A stretch of DNA of 64,000 nt. Origin: a bacterium (lineage in GTDB: Bacteria; SAR324; XYD2-FULL-50-16). The notes beneath the pieces were generated by a model. It had not been told where the DNA came from, did not search any database, and was given only the letters and a program-made list of their open reading frames with translations. The stretch lies in contig JAVVEA010000018.1 in NCBI GenBank assembly GCA_032250835.1, positions 12,428-76,427 of the forward strand, in the 5' to 3' direction. A program made the translations under genes and the position numbers. Below, one piece after another: positions 41,867-51,354 of the stretch; position 1 is the first letter of the stretch; each line of letters opens with the position of its first letter.

Positions 41867-43501
41867 TTGGTGGAACCGATGGTCCGTTTTGTCTTCCCCC
41901 TGCCGGGAGACCAACGCATAGACCTTAAGGCCGAATTGGCTTTGATGGTCCTGTTGTTGGTTGGCATGGGGCTATTTTTTTGGGTCGAAGCTCGCTGGGA
42001 CAGGGAGCGGGAGGCTCTGGCGCGGGCGCATTTTGAAGACCGCGTTTCGCAGACCCTGGATCGGTTGGAGGGAGAAGGCTTTCATTTGGACCTGTTGGCT
42101 CGATCCGGTGCCGCCTTTTTGCATTCTAGTCCCAGAGGCAACGGCTGGGACCCCTTTGTTTTGAATCTGGACCTAAAACACCAATACCCCTATCTTCGCT
42201 CGCTAGTCTATCTCACCTCGGTGGACCAACAACATTTTGTGATGTCCGCCTCGGCACCGCGCGGTCCTTTGGCGAAATTGGAAGGCACGTCGATAGGGTT
42301 ACAAAAGGCTGAAAAGGCGGCGATTTTAGAGTCTCTTAACCAAGACCAACTACGCACCAGCCCACCGAGCCCCAGCCCACTATTTCCCGGCAGCCTGCGC
42401 GGTTTTTGGTTCTTCTTGCCACATTATGGCAGCCACCAGCATATTGGTTGGATTTCCGGTTGGGTGGATTTGCAGCAATATCTTGAGGCCGCTCTGGGCA
42501 TCCAGGCCAATGAGTTGCATTTAAGCCTGAGTCTAGCAGGCGAAACCTTTTACCAAAGCGAGACGCCAACCAGCCCCGCCTTGGATTTCTTGCAAAGTCG
42601 GGCGGACATTATCTTAGGCGGGCAGGTGTGGCACCTAGTACTTAAGCCTAGCCCGCAGTTTTTTGAAGCCCATCGTCTCTTGTTGGGCAGTGGGCACGGT
42701 CGCTGGAGTGCGGCTCTGGTGTTGGGATTGGTCGGATGGTCTTTGCTGCGGTTGTTGTTGTATTCCGGCTTTGTGGTGCGCAGCCGCCGCCAGCAATTAC
42801 GAGATACGTTGCAGGCTAAGGAACAGCTTTATAGTCTGATCGCCCACGACCTTAAAAGCCCCTTCAACAGCCTATTAACCACCAGCAGCTTGTTGATGAA
42901 TGAAGGGGCTGGGTTGAGCAAAGAAGAAGTCCAACCTTTGTATCAGGGGCTCTACCACACGGCCAGCTTAGCCTATACGTTGCTGAATAACTTGATCCAG
43001 TGGGCTCAGCGGCAAGAGGGGGCCTTAGTAGCCGCACCCGAGCCGTTAAACCTCTGGGAGTTGGTCGAAGAAAACCGGCAGCTTTTAGAGGCTTCGGCGG
43101 CCCGTAAAAATATTCGGATTTCCAATAATCTCAGCCATGATTTAAGGGCCTGGGGGGACCGTAACATGGTCTTGGCAGTACTACGCAACCTACTCAGCAA
43201 TGCCGTTAAGTTTACCGGCAACTCAGGGCAGGTGTCGGTGGATTTTGAGGTAAAGGGCAATGAAGCGCTGGTGTCCGTGTCGGATACTGGGATCGGGATC
43301 GGGGCTCCACGCCTAGCCCAATTGCGCCAAGGCGAAGATGCGGGTTCTCGGCCGGGGACCGAGCAGGAAGTCGGCACGGGACTGGGTCTGTTGCTTTGCC
43401 GCGACTTTATCGCTCAACAGGGCGGACGCCTTGAAATCGATAGTCAATTAGGCCAAGGGAGCCGGTTTGCCTTTTATTTGCCGCTCTCGCCCCAGGCCTA
43501 A
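41867..43501 (+). CDS. CHASE-like domain sensor histidine kinase
   Basis: Two TM segments flanking a periplasmic domain, IAHDLKSPF, NAVKFT, GTGLGL; start may be 41879. Confidence 0.88.
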   Translation: MVEPMVRFVFPLPGDQRIDLKAELALMVLLLVGMGLFFWVEARWDREREALARAHFEDRVSQTLDRLEGEGFHLDLLARSGAAFLHSSPRGNGWDPFVLNLDLKHQYPYLRSLVYLTSVDQQHFVMSASAPRGPLAKLEGTSIGLQKAEKAAILESLNQDQLRTSPPSPSPLFPGSLRGFWFFLPHYGSHQHIGWISGWVDLQQYLEAALGIQANELHLSLSLAGETFYQSETPTSPALDFLQSRADIILGGQVWHLVLKPSPQFFEAHRLLLGSGHGRWSAALVLGLVGWSLLRLLLYSGFVVRSRRQQLRDTLQAKEQLYSLIAHDLKSPFNSLLTTSSLLMNEGAGLSKEEVQPLYQGLYHTASLAYTLLNNLIQWAQRQEGALVAAPEPLNLWELVEENRQLLEASAARKNIRISNNLSHDLRAWGDRNMVLAVLRNLLSNAVKFTGNSGQVSVDFEVKGNEALVSVSDTGIGIGAPRLAQLRQGEDAGSRPGTEQEVGTGLGLLLCRDFIAQQGGRLEIDSQLGQGSRFAFYLPLSPQA

Positions 43502-43624
43502 GTAGCTGGGGTCAGACAAATTTGCCGGTAAAGTCCTTGTTTCCAGCCGTCAAAGCGGGTACAAGGGAAAAAGAGCCAAAAGATCCCGTTGATCGAAAGA
43601 TTACCTCAGCAAGTCAAGAGTCTC

Positions 43625-43993
43625 ATGAGCAAAAAAGTGTTGGTTGTGGATGACCACCCGATCACCCGGCAGTTGACGATCAAGATTCTAAAGCAGTTAG
43701 ATATTGAAGACGTCAGCGAGGCAGGGAACGGGCGCGAAGCCTTAGACTTTTTGGCGGAAAACACCGTGGCCTTGATTTTATTGGACCTGTCCATGCCGGT
43801 TATGGATGGCACTGAGATGCTGCGCCAGATGAAGGCAGACGACCGGTTTGCGCAGATCCCCGTGGTGATGGTTACCGCCGCCGTCGAGCAGTACCGCGTC
43901 GATGAAGCTCTGGAATTGGGGGCCGCTTCTTGTCTACTTAAGCCCATCGCTAAACAACCCCTGTCCGACGTGGTTAGCCGTTTCTTGGCTTAG
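43625..43993 (+). CDS. CheY-like response regulator
   Basis: VLVVDDH, LILLDLSMP, LLKP. Confidence 0.9.
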   Translation: MSKKVLVVDDHPITRQLTIKILKQLDIEDVSEAGNGREALDFLAENTVALILLDLSMPVMDGTEMLRQMKADDRFAQIPVVMVTAAVEQYRVDEALELGAASCLLKPIAKQPLSDVVSRFLA

Positions 43994-44013
43994 TGAGCCC
44001 GCCTTCTTTGCAT

Positions 44014-44943
44014 TTATAGGGACAACGCCCCGCAGTCCCCTTGGGGACATTCCTCTTCTTCCAATTCGATTTCCAAAGTCGCGTGGTCTATGCCCAGTTG
44101 GGCAACTAGCTGTTTGATCTGGGTCTTTAGGTCTTTGTGCTCTTTTTCAGACGAGTGGTTGGGCACCACTAAATGGCAGGTAAGGACGTGGTAATTACCG
44201 TCCATGGTCCAAAGATGGGTGTCGTGTAAGGCGGTGATTCCGGGGGTAGCCAGGATTTGGCCCTGCAACTCCGCTAGGCTGATCCCTTCGGGGGTTTTCA
44301 TCAGCAAGATCCGTAAGGTTGAGCGCAGTGCACGGAAGACTTGCACCAACAAAAAGGCAGAGAAAAGGATCGAAAAGAGCGGGTCTAAGATGGGTAGGTC
44401 CCATACCATCATCACCCCACTGACGACCAGCAATGCCACCCATCCAAAGAGGTCTTCCAGCAAATGCAGGGAGACCATTTTTTGGTTGAGGCTGTCGGTA
44501 TTTTTTAGCTTAAAAAAGCCCGCTCCGTTGACCAACACCCCTAACACAGCTAGGCCCAGCATGCCCGGAGCGTAGGGTTGAACCGGGTCTTGCAGGCGTT
44601 GAAGCGCTTCAGTTAAAATCCAGATGGAACCACCTGCTAAGATCATTGCGTTGATCAGCGCCCCCAGCAAGGAGAAGCGGCGGTAGCCGTAAGAATAATG
44701 TTGGTCACTACCCTGTTTTGCCTTGCGTTCTAAAAACCAGCTCAACCCTAAGGCCAGGGCATCGCCCGCATCATGCAGCGCATCGGAGAGGATCGCCAAA
44801 CTGCCGGTCCAAAGCCCGCCGACCAACTCAACTAACGCAAAGCCCAGGTTGAGCGCTAAGGCTAAACCAATATTCCTACTGGCCGGGTCGTGGTGGTGGC
44901 TATGGTGATGATGTGGGTGCCTTGGGGGCGTAGGGTCGGACAT
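44014..44943 (-). CDS. czcD: Cation diffusion facilitator (Co/Zn/Cd efflux)
   Basis: His-rich N-terminus, SDALHDAGD, HLLED, HATLE. Confidence 0.9.
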   Translation of the reverse strand: MSDPTPPRHPHHHHSHHHDPASRNIGLALALNLGFALVELVGGLWTGSLAILSDALHDAGDALALGLSWFLERKAKQGSDQHYSYGYRRFSLLGALINAMILAGGSIWILTEALQRLQDPVQPYAPGMLGLAVLGVLVNGAGFFKLKNTDSLNQKMVSLHLLEDLFGWVALLVVSGVMMVWDLPILDPLFSILFSAFLLVQVFRALRSTLRILLMKTPEGISLAELQGQILATPGITALHDTHLWTMDGNYHVLTCHLVVPNHSSEKEHKDLKTQIKQLVAQLGIDHATLEIELEEEECPQGDCGALSL

Positions 44944-45149
44944 AAATTACCTCTTTTTTCTAGATTCGCCCGAAAGAAACCTGCGGTCAAGGACTCAAGT
45001 TTTGTCCGCAAATACCGATAGAGAAACAAAGCCCTCTATGCGCCCAATGGGTGCTCCGGCGCGTGACCTTAAAATATAGACTAAAGTTTTGAGGCCCCCG
45101 TGCCGTTAAAGAGGAAATTGGTTCAAATGGACCCCAACCGAAGGGAGAT

Positions 45150-45566
45150 ATGAGGAAACAAGCATTCCTGCTCCGATTGGTTCTGGCCTTTGTGCTGGTC
45201 TTTTTGTTTATTGGCGAGGCGAGTTATAGCCAGACCGACAAACGAGAGATGCAGGAGAACGTCTACACCACCTGGGTGAAACTAGCCATGTTGGGCAAGA
45301 ACCAGGCGGAAATTGAGTCGTACTTTCTGCGTAAGATCGGTCCCGAGGAGTTAGAACTAGTCAAAGCGCGAATCCGCAATACGGTGCTGGACAACCTGCG
45401 GCGCTCGGGCTTAGAGGCGAAGATCAATGCCTCTTATGACCTGGACGACCTCAACGTTGTGGTCAGTCGCGTCTTGATTGAGATTCGTTACGTCGGCTTG
45501 GAGCACGACGATGACTTGGTGCAAACCATTAAGGAAGAATTTGGGATCACTTTAGGACGCCTTTAG
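45150..45566 (+). CDS. Secreted hypothetical protein
   Basis: SD GGGAGA, signal peptide. Confidence 0.7.
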   Translation: MRKQAFLLRLVLAFVLVFLFIGEASYSQTDKREMQENVYTTWVKLAMLGKNQAEIESYFLRKIGPEELELVKARIRNTVLDNLRRSGLEAKINASYDLDDLNVVVSRVLIEIRYVGLEHDDDLVQTIKEEFGITLGRL

Positions 45567-45793
45567 GGTCTTAAGGAAATTTACCACCGCTGTTGTTGGG
45601 GCCGTTTATAGGGCCGCAGGAGGTTCCTTAGGCCCCAACAGAAGATGAACGCCATTTCATTTGAGCTTCAGCTTAACTTCATTTTGGGAGTGTAGCTTAG
45701 AGCCCGTACCTTGTGGTATCAAAGTCAGGTTCGAAAGCAGTCGGAACCTCGGGGTTGACCTTGCTCCGGTGGAATCGGTTGACCTACTTTGAG

Positions 45794-45834
45794 GGCCTTC
45801 TTCGGTTTCCCTGGCCGAAGGGGGCCTTTTTTTT
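45794..45834 (+). terminator. Rho-independent terminator
   Basis: GGCCTTCTTCGG...CCGAAGGGGGCC followed by T8. Confidence 0.8.
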
Positions 45835-45925
45835 GCCTCCCCTTGCCCTCTCCTTAGTTCTCTTCGGCTTGACAGTAGATTGGCGTCAACGTTAGCTTGA
45901 TGCGAACCTCAACTGCGGTAGCCCT

Positions 45926-46429
45926 TTGTCTTTTTATTTCGTCCTCTTAGGATTCACTCTCTTTATTGGTTGTTGGGTTTTGCATCTGCTGTGGTGGCGT
46001 GTGAAACGGCCAACTGGCGAGATCAAGCCGCTATTCTTGATTTTTTTGATTTTCCCTTTGCTCCTTTGTGGGGCCAGCGCCCTTTGGTGGCCCCTGTTGG
46101 AGCCCCTGGAACTGGCTTTGGCGGTGACCTTGCACCTGGCGATTGCGGTGGTCTATATCCAGACCTATCCGGCCATTGCTACCGAAATCCCCAGCTTCCG
46201 TATCCTGCGCTTAGCCGAGTCGGCCGGACCGGGCGGCGCTAGCATGGAAGAATTGATCACTCAAATGGGCCAGGGCGAATTGGTGGGCTCTCGGCAAAGT
46301 TTGATGACCGAAGACGGTCTGGTGATCGAAAGTGCCGAAGGGATGAGCTTGACCACCGCCGGTAAACTGTTGGCAGTAGCCTTCTTGACCTACCGCAAGC
46401 TCTTAGGTCTTGGTGAAGGAGGCGGTTGA
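45926..46429 (+). CDS. Hypothetical membrane protein
   Basis: Three TM segments then a soluble tail; similar layout to the next gene. Confidence 0.7.
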   Translation: MSFYFVLLGFTLFIGCWVLHLLWWRVKRPTGEIKPLFLIFLIFPLLLCGASALWWPLLEPLELALAVTLHLAIAVVYIQTYPAIATEIPSFRILRLAESAGPGGASMEELITQMGQGELVGSRQSLMTEDGLVIESAEGMSLTTAGKLLAVAFLTYRKLLGLGEGGG

Positions 46430-46950
46430 TGCAAATCAAATGGATGCTGTTGGGGTTGGCTTGGGCCAGCTTACCGCTCTTGTTGGTCGTGCACGGCCTA
46501 TTGGTGCGGGTCTTAAAGGGGAAGTCGGGCCAGAACGTGGTTTTGCTGGCGATCTTGGCGGGCAACCTCCCTTTCTTGGCACTTTCGGTTTGGTGCCTTT
46601 GGCCTATGCGGCCTCAGTTGTTGCTGCCGCTGTTAGCCTATCTGCTGGTGGTCTATCAAGGATTCGGGTACGCCTATTTCCATTTTTACAACATGAGCGA
46701 AACGGCGCGGCGGATCCGGCTGTTGATCCTGATTTATCAGGGGCGTCTGAAGCGCTCTGAGGAAGCGGCATCGGCTTATTCGCCCGAAGAGATGGTCCGC
46801 AACCGACTAGGGCGGTTAACGGCTATGGGGCAGTTGACCCAAAACGAAGTGGGGCGCTATGTGGCTAAAGGCGGCATCTTGCTATTTGCGGCGAAAATGA
46901 TAGCCGCTTATCGTCAGTTGCTCGGGCTAGATGACTGGTGTAAGTCTTAA
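46426..46950 (+). CDS. Hypothetical membrane protein
   Basis: Three TM segments, YFHFYNMSETARRIRLL. Confidence 0.72.
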   Translation: MMQIKWMLLGLAWASLPLLLVVHGLLVRVLKGKSGQNVVLLAILAGNLPFLALSVWCLWPMRPQLLLPLLAYLLVVYQGFGYAYFHFYNMSETARRIRLLILIYQGRLKRSEEAASAYSPEEMVRNRLGRLTAMGQLTQNEVGRYVAKGGILLFAAKMIAAYRQLLGLDDWCKS

Positions 46951-47072
46951 TTATATCAGTATATTGTATTTTTGTGCCCTCAGATTGGCTGAAAGCACAT
47001 CCCTGTCGGCTCTTTGTTTGAACTTAGGGCACTAAACAGAAAAAGGTACCAAAAGATATGGGCCAAATATAG

Positions 47073-48107
47073 ATGAAATTAAAAGTTTGGTTGTTGTGGG
47101 GCGTTAAGCTGGGCTTAGTGTCCTTAATTTTATATTGGCTGGGCACCAGTGGTCGCCTCGATTTGAGCAAGCTCCTCCTGCTGGTCACTCATCCGGGCCT
47201 CAGTCTAGCGGCTCTTTTGTTGATGCTCTTCGGCGGGGCACTGTTGGTTACCCTGCGTTGGAAGCTGTTGATGGACGCCCAGGGAAGTGACTTAGGGCTC
47301 GGTAGGCTCGTTTCGATCCATTGGATCAGCCTGTTTTTTGCTAGTTTCCTGCCCGGTTCGGTCAGCGGTGATGGGGTAAAGGCCTTTTATTCGCTCCGCG
47401 AATCCCAGGGAAAATTGGGTAAAACATCGGTTTTAACGAGCTTGGTAGTGGACCGGATTTTAGGGCTCGCTGGTTTGATTTTTTTAGGCCTGTTGGCCTT
47501 TTTGGCGACTTGGAAACAATCGATCCGCAACTACCAAGTAGAGATGTTAGGCCTATTGATGGCTGGGGTTTTTGTGGCGTTGGCTCTGTTTTTGGCCTTG
47601 ATCATGCGGCGCCAACGCGAAGCCGGTGACCGGGTCGGCGAGCTTTTGGCCCGCTTGCCGATGGGCGGGTTTTTGGTCAAAGTCTATCAAGGGTTTCGGG
47701 CCTACCGGCACCACCGTATGGCGTTGGTCTGGGGGTTTATCTTGTCCTTTTTGGGCCAGGGTTTTTTTGCCCTCGCCGTTTGGGTGATCACTCCTTTGTC
47801 CTGCGGCTGTGATGCCCCCGTTTCGGCGGTATTTTTGGCTACCCCGCTGGGTGAATTGAGCACCGTGATTCCGGTGGGTCCCTTGGGGATTGGCGTGGGG
47901 CATGGTGCCTTTGAATACCTCTTTGCGATCCAGGGGCTTCCCCATGGTGCGGATACCTTTAGTCTGTTGATCGCAGTTCGGGTGGTTTTGGGCTTGATTG
48001 GCGGCCTGCCCTATCTATTGTACAAAAAACGCGACGGGGCCCCCTCTGAGCTGTCGGAGCTATCCTCAGAGGAAGCTTGCACAGCCAATGGGGATGCACT
48101 AAAATAG
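47073..48107 (+). CDS. Lysylphosphatidylglycerol synthase TM / UPF0104 flippase-like protein
   Basis: LRWKLL, FFASFLPGSVSGDGVK, VVDRILG, PVGPLGIGV. Confidence 0.88.
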   Translation: MKLKVWLLWGVKLGLVSLILYWLGTSGRLDLSKLLLLVTHPGLSLAALLLMLFGGALLVTLRWKLLMDAQGSDLGLGRLVSIHWISLFFASFLPGSVSGDGVKAFYSLRESQGKLGKTSVLTSLVVDRILGLAGLIFLGLLAFLATWKQSIRNYQVEMLGLLMAGVFVALALFLALIMRRQREAGDRVGELLARLPMGGFLVKVYQGFRAYRHHRMALVWGFILSFLGQGFFALAVWVITPLSCGCDAPVSAVFLATPLGELSTVIPVGPLGIGVGHGAFEYLFAIQGLPHGADTFSLLIAVRVVLGLIGGLPYLLYKKRDGAPSELSELSSEEACTANGDALK

Positions 48108-48135
48108 GCCTTTACCGGCGAACCACCAGAGGCCC

Positions 48136-49896
48136 ATGCAGGTACACACCGAAATCATTCGGTTGATCTTACGGCACAAACTTCAGCTGTTTTTCGGCAT
48201 CCTGATGATGCTCGGTTTTGCGCTCTTTTCGGTAGCGCCTGCCAAGTACATGAAGGAGATCGTCGATGGCCTTGATTCGGGCGAGGTCCCCCAGCTTTCC
48301 AAGTTTTTATGGGTTGGTTTAGGCATCGTCTTACTGTTTGTCTTTAAGGGCCTGACCTTCTTTGGTCAAAACTACCTGATGAATAGCTTGGGGTTGAAGA
48401 TGATCCGCGACCTGCGCGATCAACTTTTCGATAAGATCGTCAAGATGCCCCTTTCCTATTTTAACCGCCAGTCTACTGGCGACCTGATCAGCCGCTTCAC
48501 CACAGACCTGAACATCATGAATGAGGCGGTCAATACCGCTATCTCGGGCCCTTTGCGGGACTTTCCTCAAATCGTGCTGCTGCTTTGGTTGATGTGGGTA
48601 CGCTCTTGGCAACTCTCGTTGCTCACCTTTTTGTTGATCCCCTTCGCCTATCTAGCGATCCGCAAATTTGGCCGTCAAAACAACCAGGTGACCACCAAGC
48701 GGCTGCAAAAGTTCAGTGACTTGACCACTCTTTTGAGCGAAGCGATCACCGGCATTCGGGTGGTCAAAGCCTTTAATATGGAAGGGTATGAGTTGCAGCG
48801 ATTCGAGAAGGAAAACCAACGGCTCTTTAAGTACTTCCTGCACAGCATCCGCATCGATTCTTATTCTTATCCGATCTTAGAGTTGATGGGGGGCATCTGC
48901 GGGGCCTTTATCCTAACCTATGGCGGGTATTTGATCATCCATGGGCAGATCACGGGCGGTGACTTTGCCAGCTTTTTGATCTCCTTTTTTATGCTCTATG
49001 AGCCCGCCAAGAAGTTTAACGGGTTCAACCTGAAGATCCAAGAGGGCCTAAGTGCTTCGGCGCGGATCTTCGAGACCCTCAACGAGAAGGACCAGATCGA
49101 AGAATTACCGAACGCTAAGCCCTTAGAGCCGCTTAAAGATTCGGTCCAGATTGATATTTCTGCCTTTGGCTATGGCGACCAGACGGTCTTAGCCGACATC
49201 CATTTGACCCTGCCCAAAGGCAGCATCACGGCGCTAGTGGGGTCTTCGGGCAGCGGCAAGAGTACCCTGGCCAATTTGCTGCCCCGTTTTTATGACCTCA
49301 AACCCGAACAGGGGCGGATTTTGATTGACGGTGTGGACGTGCGTGAGGTGACCCTTAAAAGCCTGCGCCAACAGATTGCCGTGATCACCCAAGAGATTGT
49401 GCTCTTTAATGAGCGGATTCGTAAAAATATCGCCTATGGCAAGCGGGGTGCCGAATTGGGCGAAGTGGTGGCCGCCTCGAAGGCTGGCCATGCCTTCGAG
49501 TTCATCGACCGACTGCCCAAGAAATTTGATGAAGAAGTGGGCGAGCGGGGCATGCGCTTCTCGGGCGGTCAACGCCAACGCCTGTCGATCAGCCGCGCCC
49601 TGATCAAAGACGCCTCGATTTTGATCATGGACGAAGCGACCAGCGCTTTGGACACAGAGTCAGAAAAGGAAGTCCAGTTGGCCATCGATGCCTTGATGCA
49701 AGACCGCACCAGCTTGATCATTGCCCACCGCCTCTCAACGATCCAACATGCCGATGTGATCCATGTTCTACATGAAGGGCGCATCGTTGAGTCCGGCAGC
49801 CACGCCGAATTGATCACCCAGGGAGGCGAGTACCAGCGGCTTTATGAGATGCAGTTCACCGAAGACCGTCCGCCTGTTGACTCCGAGGCTTCATGA
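48136..49896 (+). CDS. msbA: MsbA-like lipid exporter, ABC ATPase/permease
   Basis: TMD, GSSGSGKST, FSGGQRQR, ILIMDEATSALD. Confidence 0.8.
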   Translation: MQVHTEIIRLILRHKLQLFFGILMMLGFALFSVAPAKYMKEIVDGLDSGEVPQLSKFLWVGLGIVLLFVFKGLTFFGQNYLMNSLGLKMIRDLRDQLFDKIVKMPLSYFNRQSTGDLISRFTTDLNIMNEAVNTAISGPLRDFPQIVLLLWLMWVRSWQLSLLTFLLIPFAYLAIRKFGRQNNQVTTKRLQKFSDLTTLLSEAITGIRVVKAFNMEGYELQRFEKENQRLFKYFLHSIRIDSYSYPILELMGGICGAFILTYGGYLIIHGQITGGDFASFLISFFMLYEPAKKFNGFNLKIQEGLSASARIFETLNEKDQIEELPNAKPLEPLKDSVQIDISAFGYGDQTVLADIHLTLPKGSITALVGSSGSGKSTLANLLPRFYDLKPEQGRILIDGVDVREVTLKSLRQQIAVITQEIVLFNERIRKNIAYGKRGAELGEVVAASKAGHAFEFIDRLPKKFDEEVGERGMRFSGGQRQRLSISRALIKDASILIMDEATSALDTESEKEVQLAIDALMQDRTSLIIAHRLSTIQHADVIHVLHEGRIVESGSHAELITQGGEYQRLYEMQFTEDRPPVDSEAS

Positions 49897-50801
49897 TCTG
49901 GGGCTTGGGGCTGGCCGGGGTTTTGGGTTTGGTGGTTTTGGTCGGGCTGGGGCGTGAGTTGTATACCAAGGCTTGCCTAAATCCCAAGGCCAAAAGCTTC
50001 GGTGGCCATTTTGACCTAGGCGAGCCCGAGGAATTGCGGGTGCTGATCTTGGGCGACCAAGGCTCAGGGGACAAAAAACAGCAACAGGTGGCGGCGGCTA
50101 TGGAACAGGTGGCCGAGCGCGAAGGCTGTGACTTGGTTTTGTTGTTGGGCGATAACTTCATCCAAAAGGGGATCAAAGACCTAGAGGACCCCCAACTACA
50201 AAACAAGTTCGAGGCGGTCTACAGCCTAAACAAGCCCTTTTACGCCGTCTTGGGCAACCACGACTTTAAGGGGAACTGGCGCGCCCAGATTGCCTATAGT
50301 GAGAAATCAACGCGCTGGCGCATGCCTGCGGCGACCTATCGGTTGGAGGTGGGTCCGGTGTGCTTTGATGCGCTCAATACCACCTGTAGTCTCTGTAGCT
50401 TCTTTAGCCTGCGCAAAAAGACCCTGCGCCCCTGGCACATCGCTTTCGCCCACCACCCGCTGGTTTCCACCGGTAGGCACGGGCATATGCTGAAAAGTGA
50501 GCAACGATTTGTGGTCCGAAGCGGCATCGACGCATACTTAAGCGGACACCACCATTTACTCGAACATATCGAGTATGAGGGCATTGACCAGATCACCTCC
50601 GGCGGCGGCGGGACGAACCTCAACGAAAAGGCCGAACGACCCCACCCCGGCAAGCGGTTTTATCTGCTGGACCACGGCTTCGTTTGGGCTAAATACACGG
50701 CCCATACAGCGGAGTACCGATTTTATGATAAAGAGGCCCAAGAGGTTTATTCCTTTACCCGAGAAAAAGCATCGGAACCCGCTGGCGGCTTTGGGGAATA
50801 G
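49893..50801 (+). CDS. Metallophosphoesterase (purple acid phosphatase-like)
   Basis: GDQG, GDNF, GNHD, HHP, GHHH. Confidence 0.88.
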   Translation: MIWGLGLAGVLGLVVLVGLGRELYTKACLNPKAKSFGGHFDLGEPEELRVLILGDQGSGDKKQQQVAAAMEQVAEREGCDLVLLLGDNFIQKGIKDLEDPQLQNKFEAVYSLNKPFYAVLGNHDFKGNWRAQIAYSEKSTRWRMPAATYRLEVGPVCFDALNTTCSLCSFFSLRKKTLRPWHIAFAHHPLVSTGRHGHMLKSEQRFVVRSGIDAYLSGHHHLLEHIEYEGIDQITSGGGGTNLNEKAERPHPGKRFYLLDHGFVWAKYTAHTAEYRFYDKEAQEVYSFTREKASEPAGGFGE

Positions 50802-50838
50802 CGGAGTACAATAGAGTATACCCCAATCAGGAGGTAAC

Positions 50839-51234
50839 ATGAAAGGATTAATACTGGCGGCTTCAGTTCTGACCCTATTATGGACTCCCTTGGCTTTGGC
50901 CCAAGCCGGGCGCACCGATTGTCCTCAATGGAGAACCGCCCCCTGCACTCAAAACACCACTCGATTTGAACTAGTCCAGGCTTTAGCGCAGCGGTTTGGC
51001 CTGCTCGAAGCACAGGTGGCTAAATTGGACGGGCAGCACCAAGTTTTAGAGGAAATCCAGCACGGCACCGCGCCGATGCCCCGCTTGGCGGCGGCGGTTA
51101 AGGCCCTTTCGATCCGTCTGGGGGCCTTGGAAGTCGCCGCCGGTAAGCCCGCCGGGCCAGTAGAAGTTACGGGTTCGCTGGCTGATCGGCTGGATCGGTT
51201 AGAAGCTCGCATGGCCGCATTGGTGGGTCCCTAA
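50839..51234 (+). CDS. Secreted hypothetical coiled-coil protein
   Basis: SD AGGAGG, signal peptide. Confidence 0.7.
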   Translation: MKGLILAASVLTLLWTPLALAQAGRTDCPQWRTAPCTQNTTRFELVQALAQRFGLLEAQVAKLDGQHQVLEEIQHGTAPMPRLAAAVKALSIRLGALEVAAGKPAGPVEVTGSLADRLDRLEARMAALVGP

Positions 51235-51354
51235 AGGTAGATTCGGCGTTCAAGGTAAGATTCCTACTTGTCTACTTTTGGAAAATCTTCAAGGATAGGC
51301 TTTTTCCTACCTCAAGGGAAAGCCCTTTTTTGAAGACCGCGCTCCCATAAGTAC

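Noticed and set aside
45686-45740. tRNA (GGGAGTGTAGCTTAG...GGTTCGAA) or SRP RNA (TCAGG..GAAA..GCAG)
   Set aside because: No acceptor-stem partner or paired T arm; the SRP helix-8 consensus is incomplete
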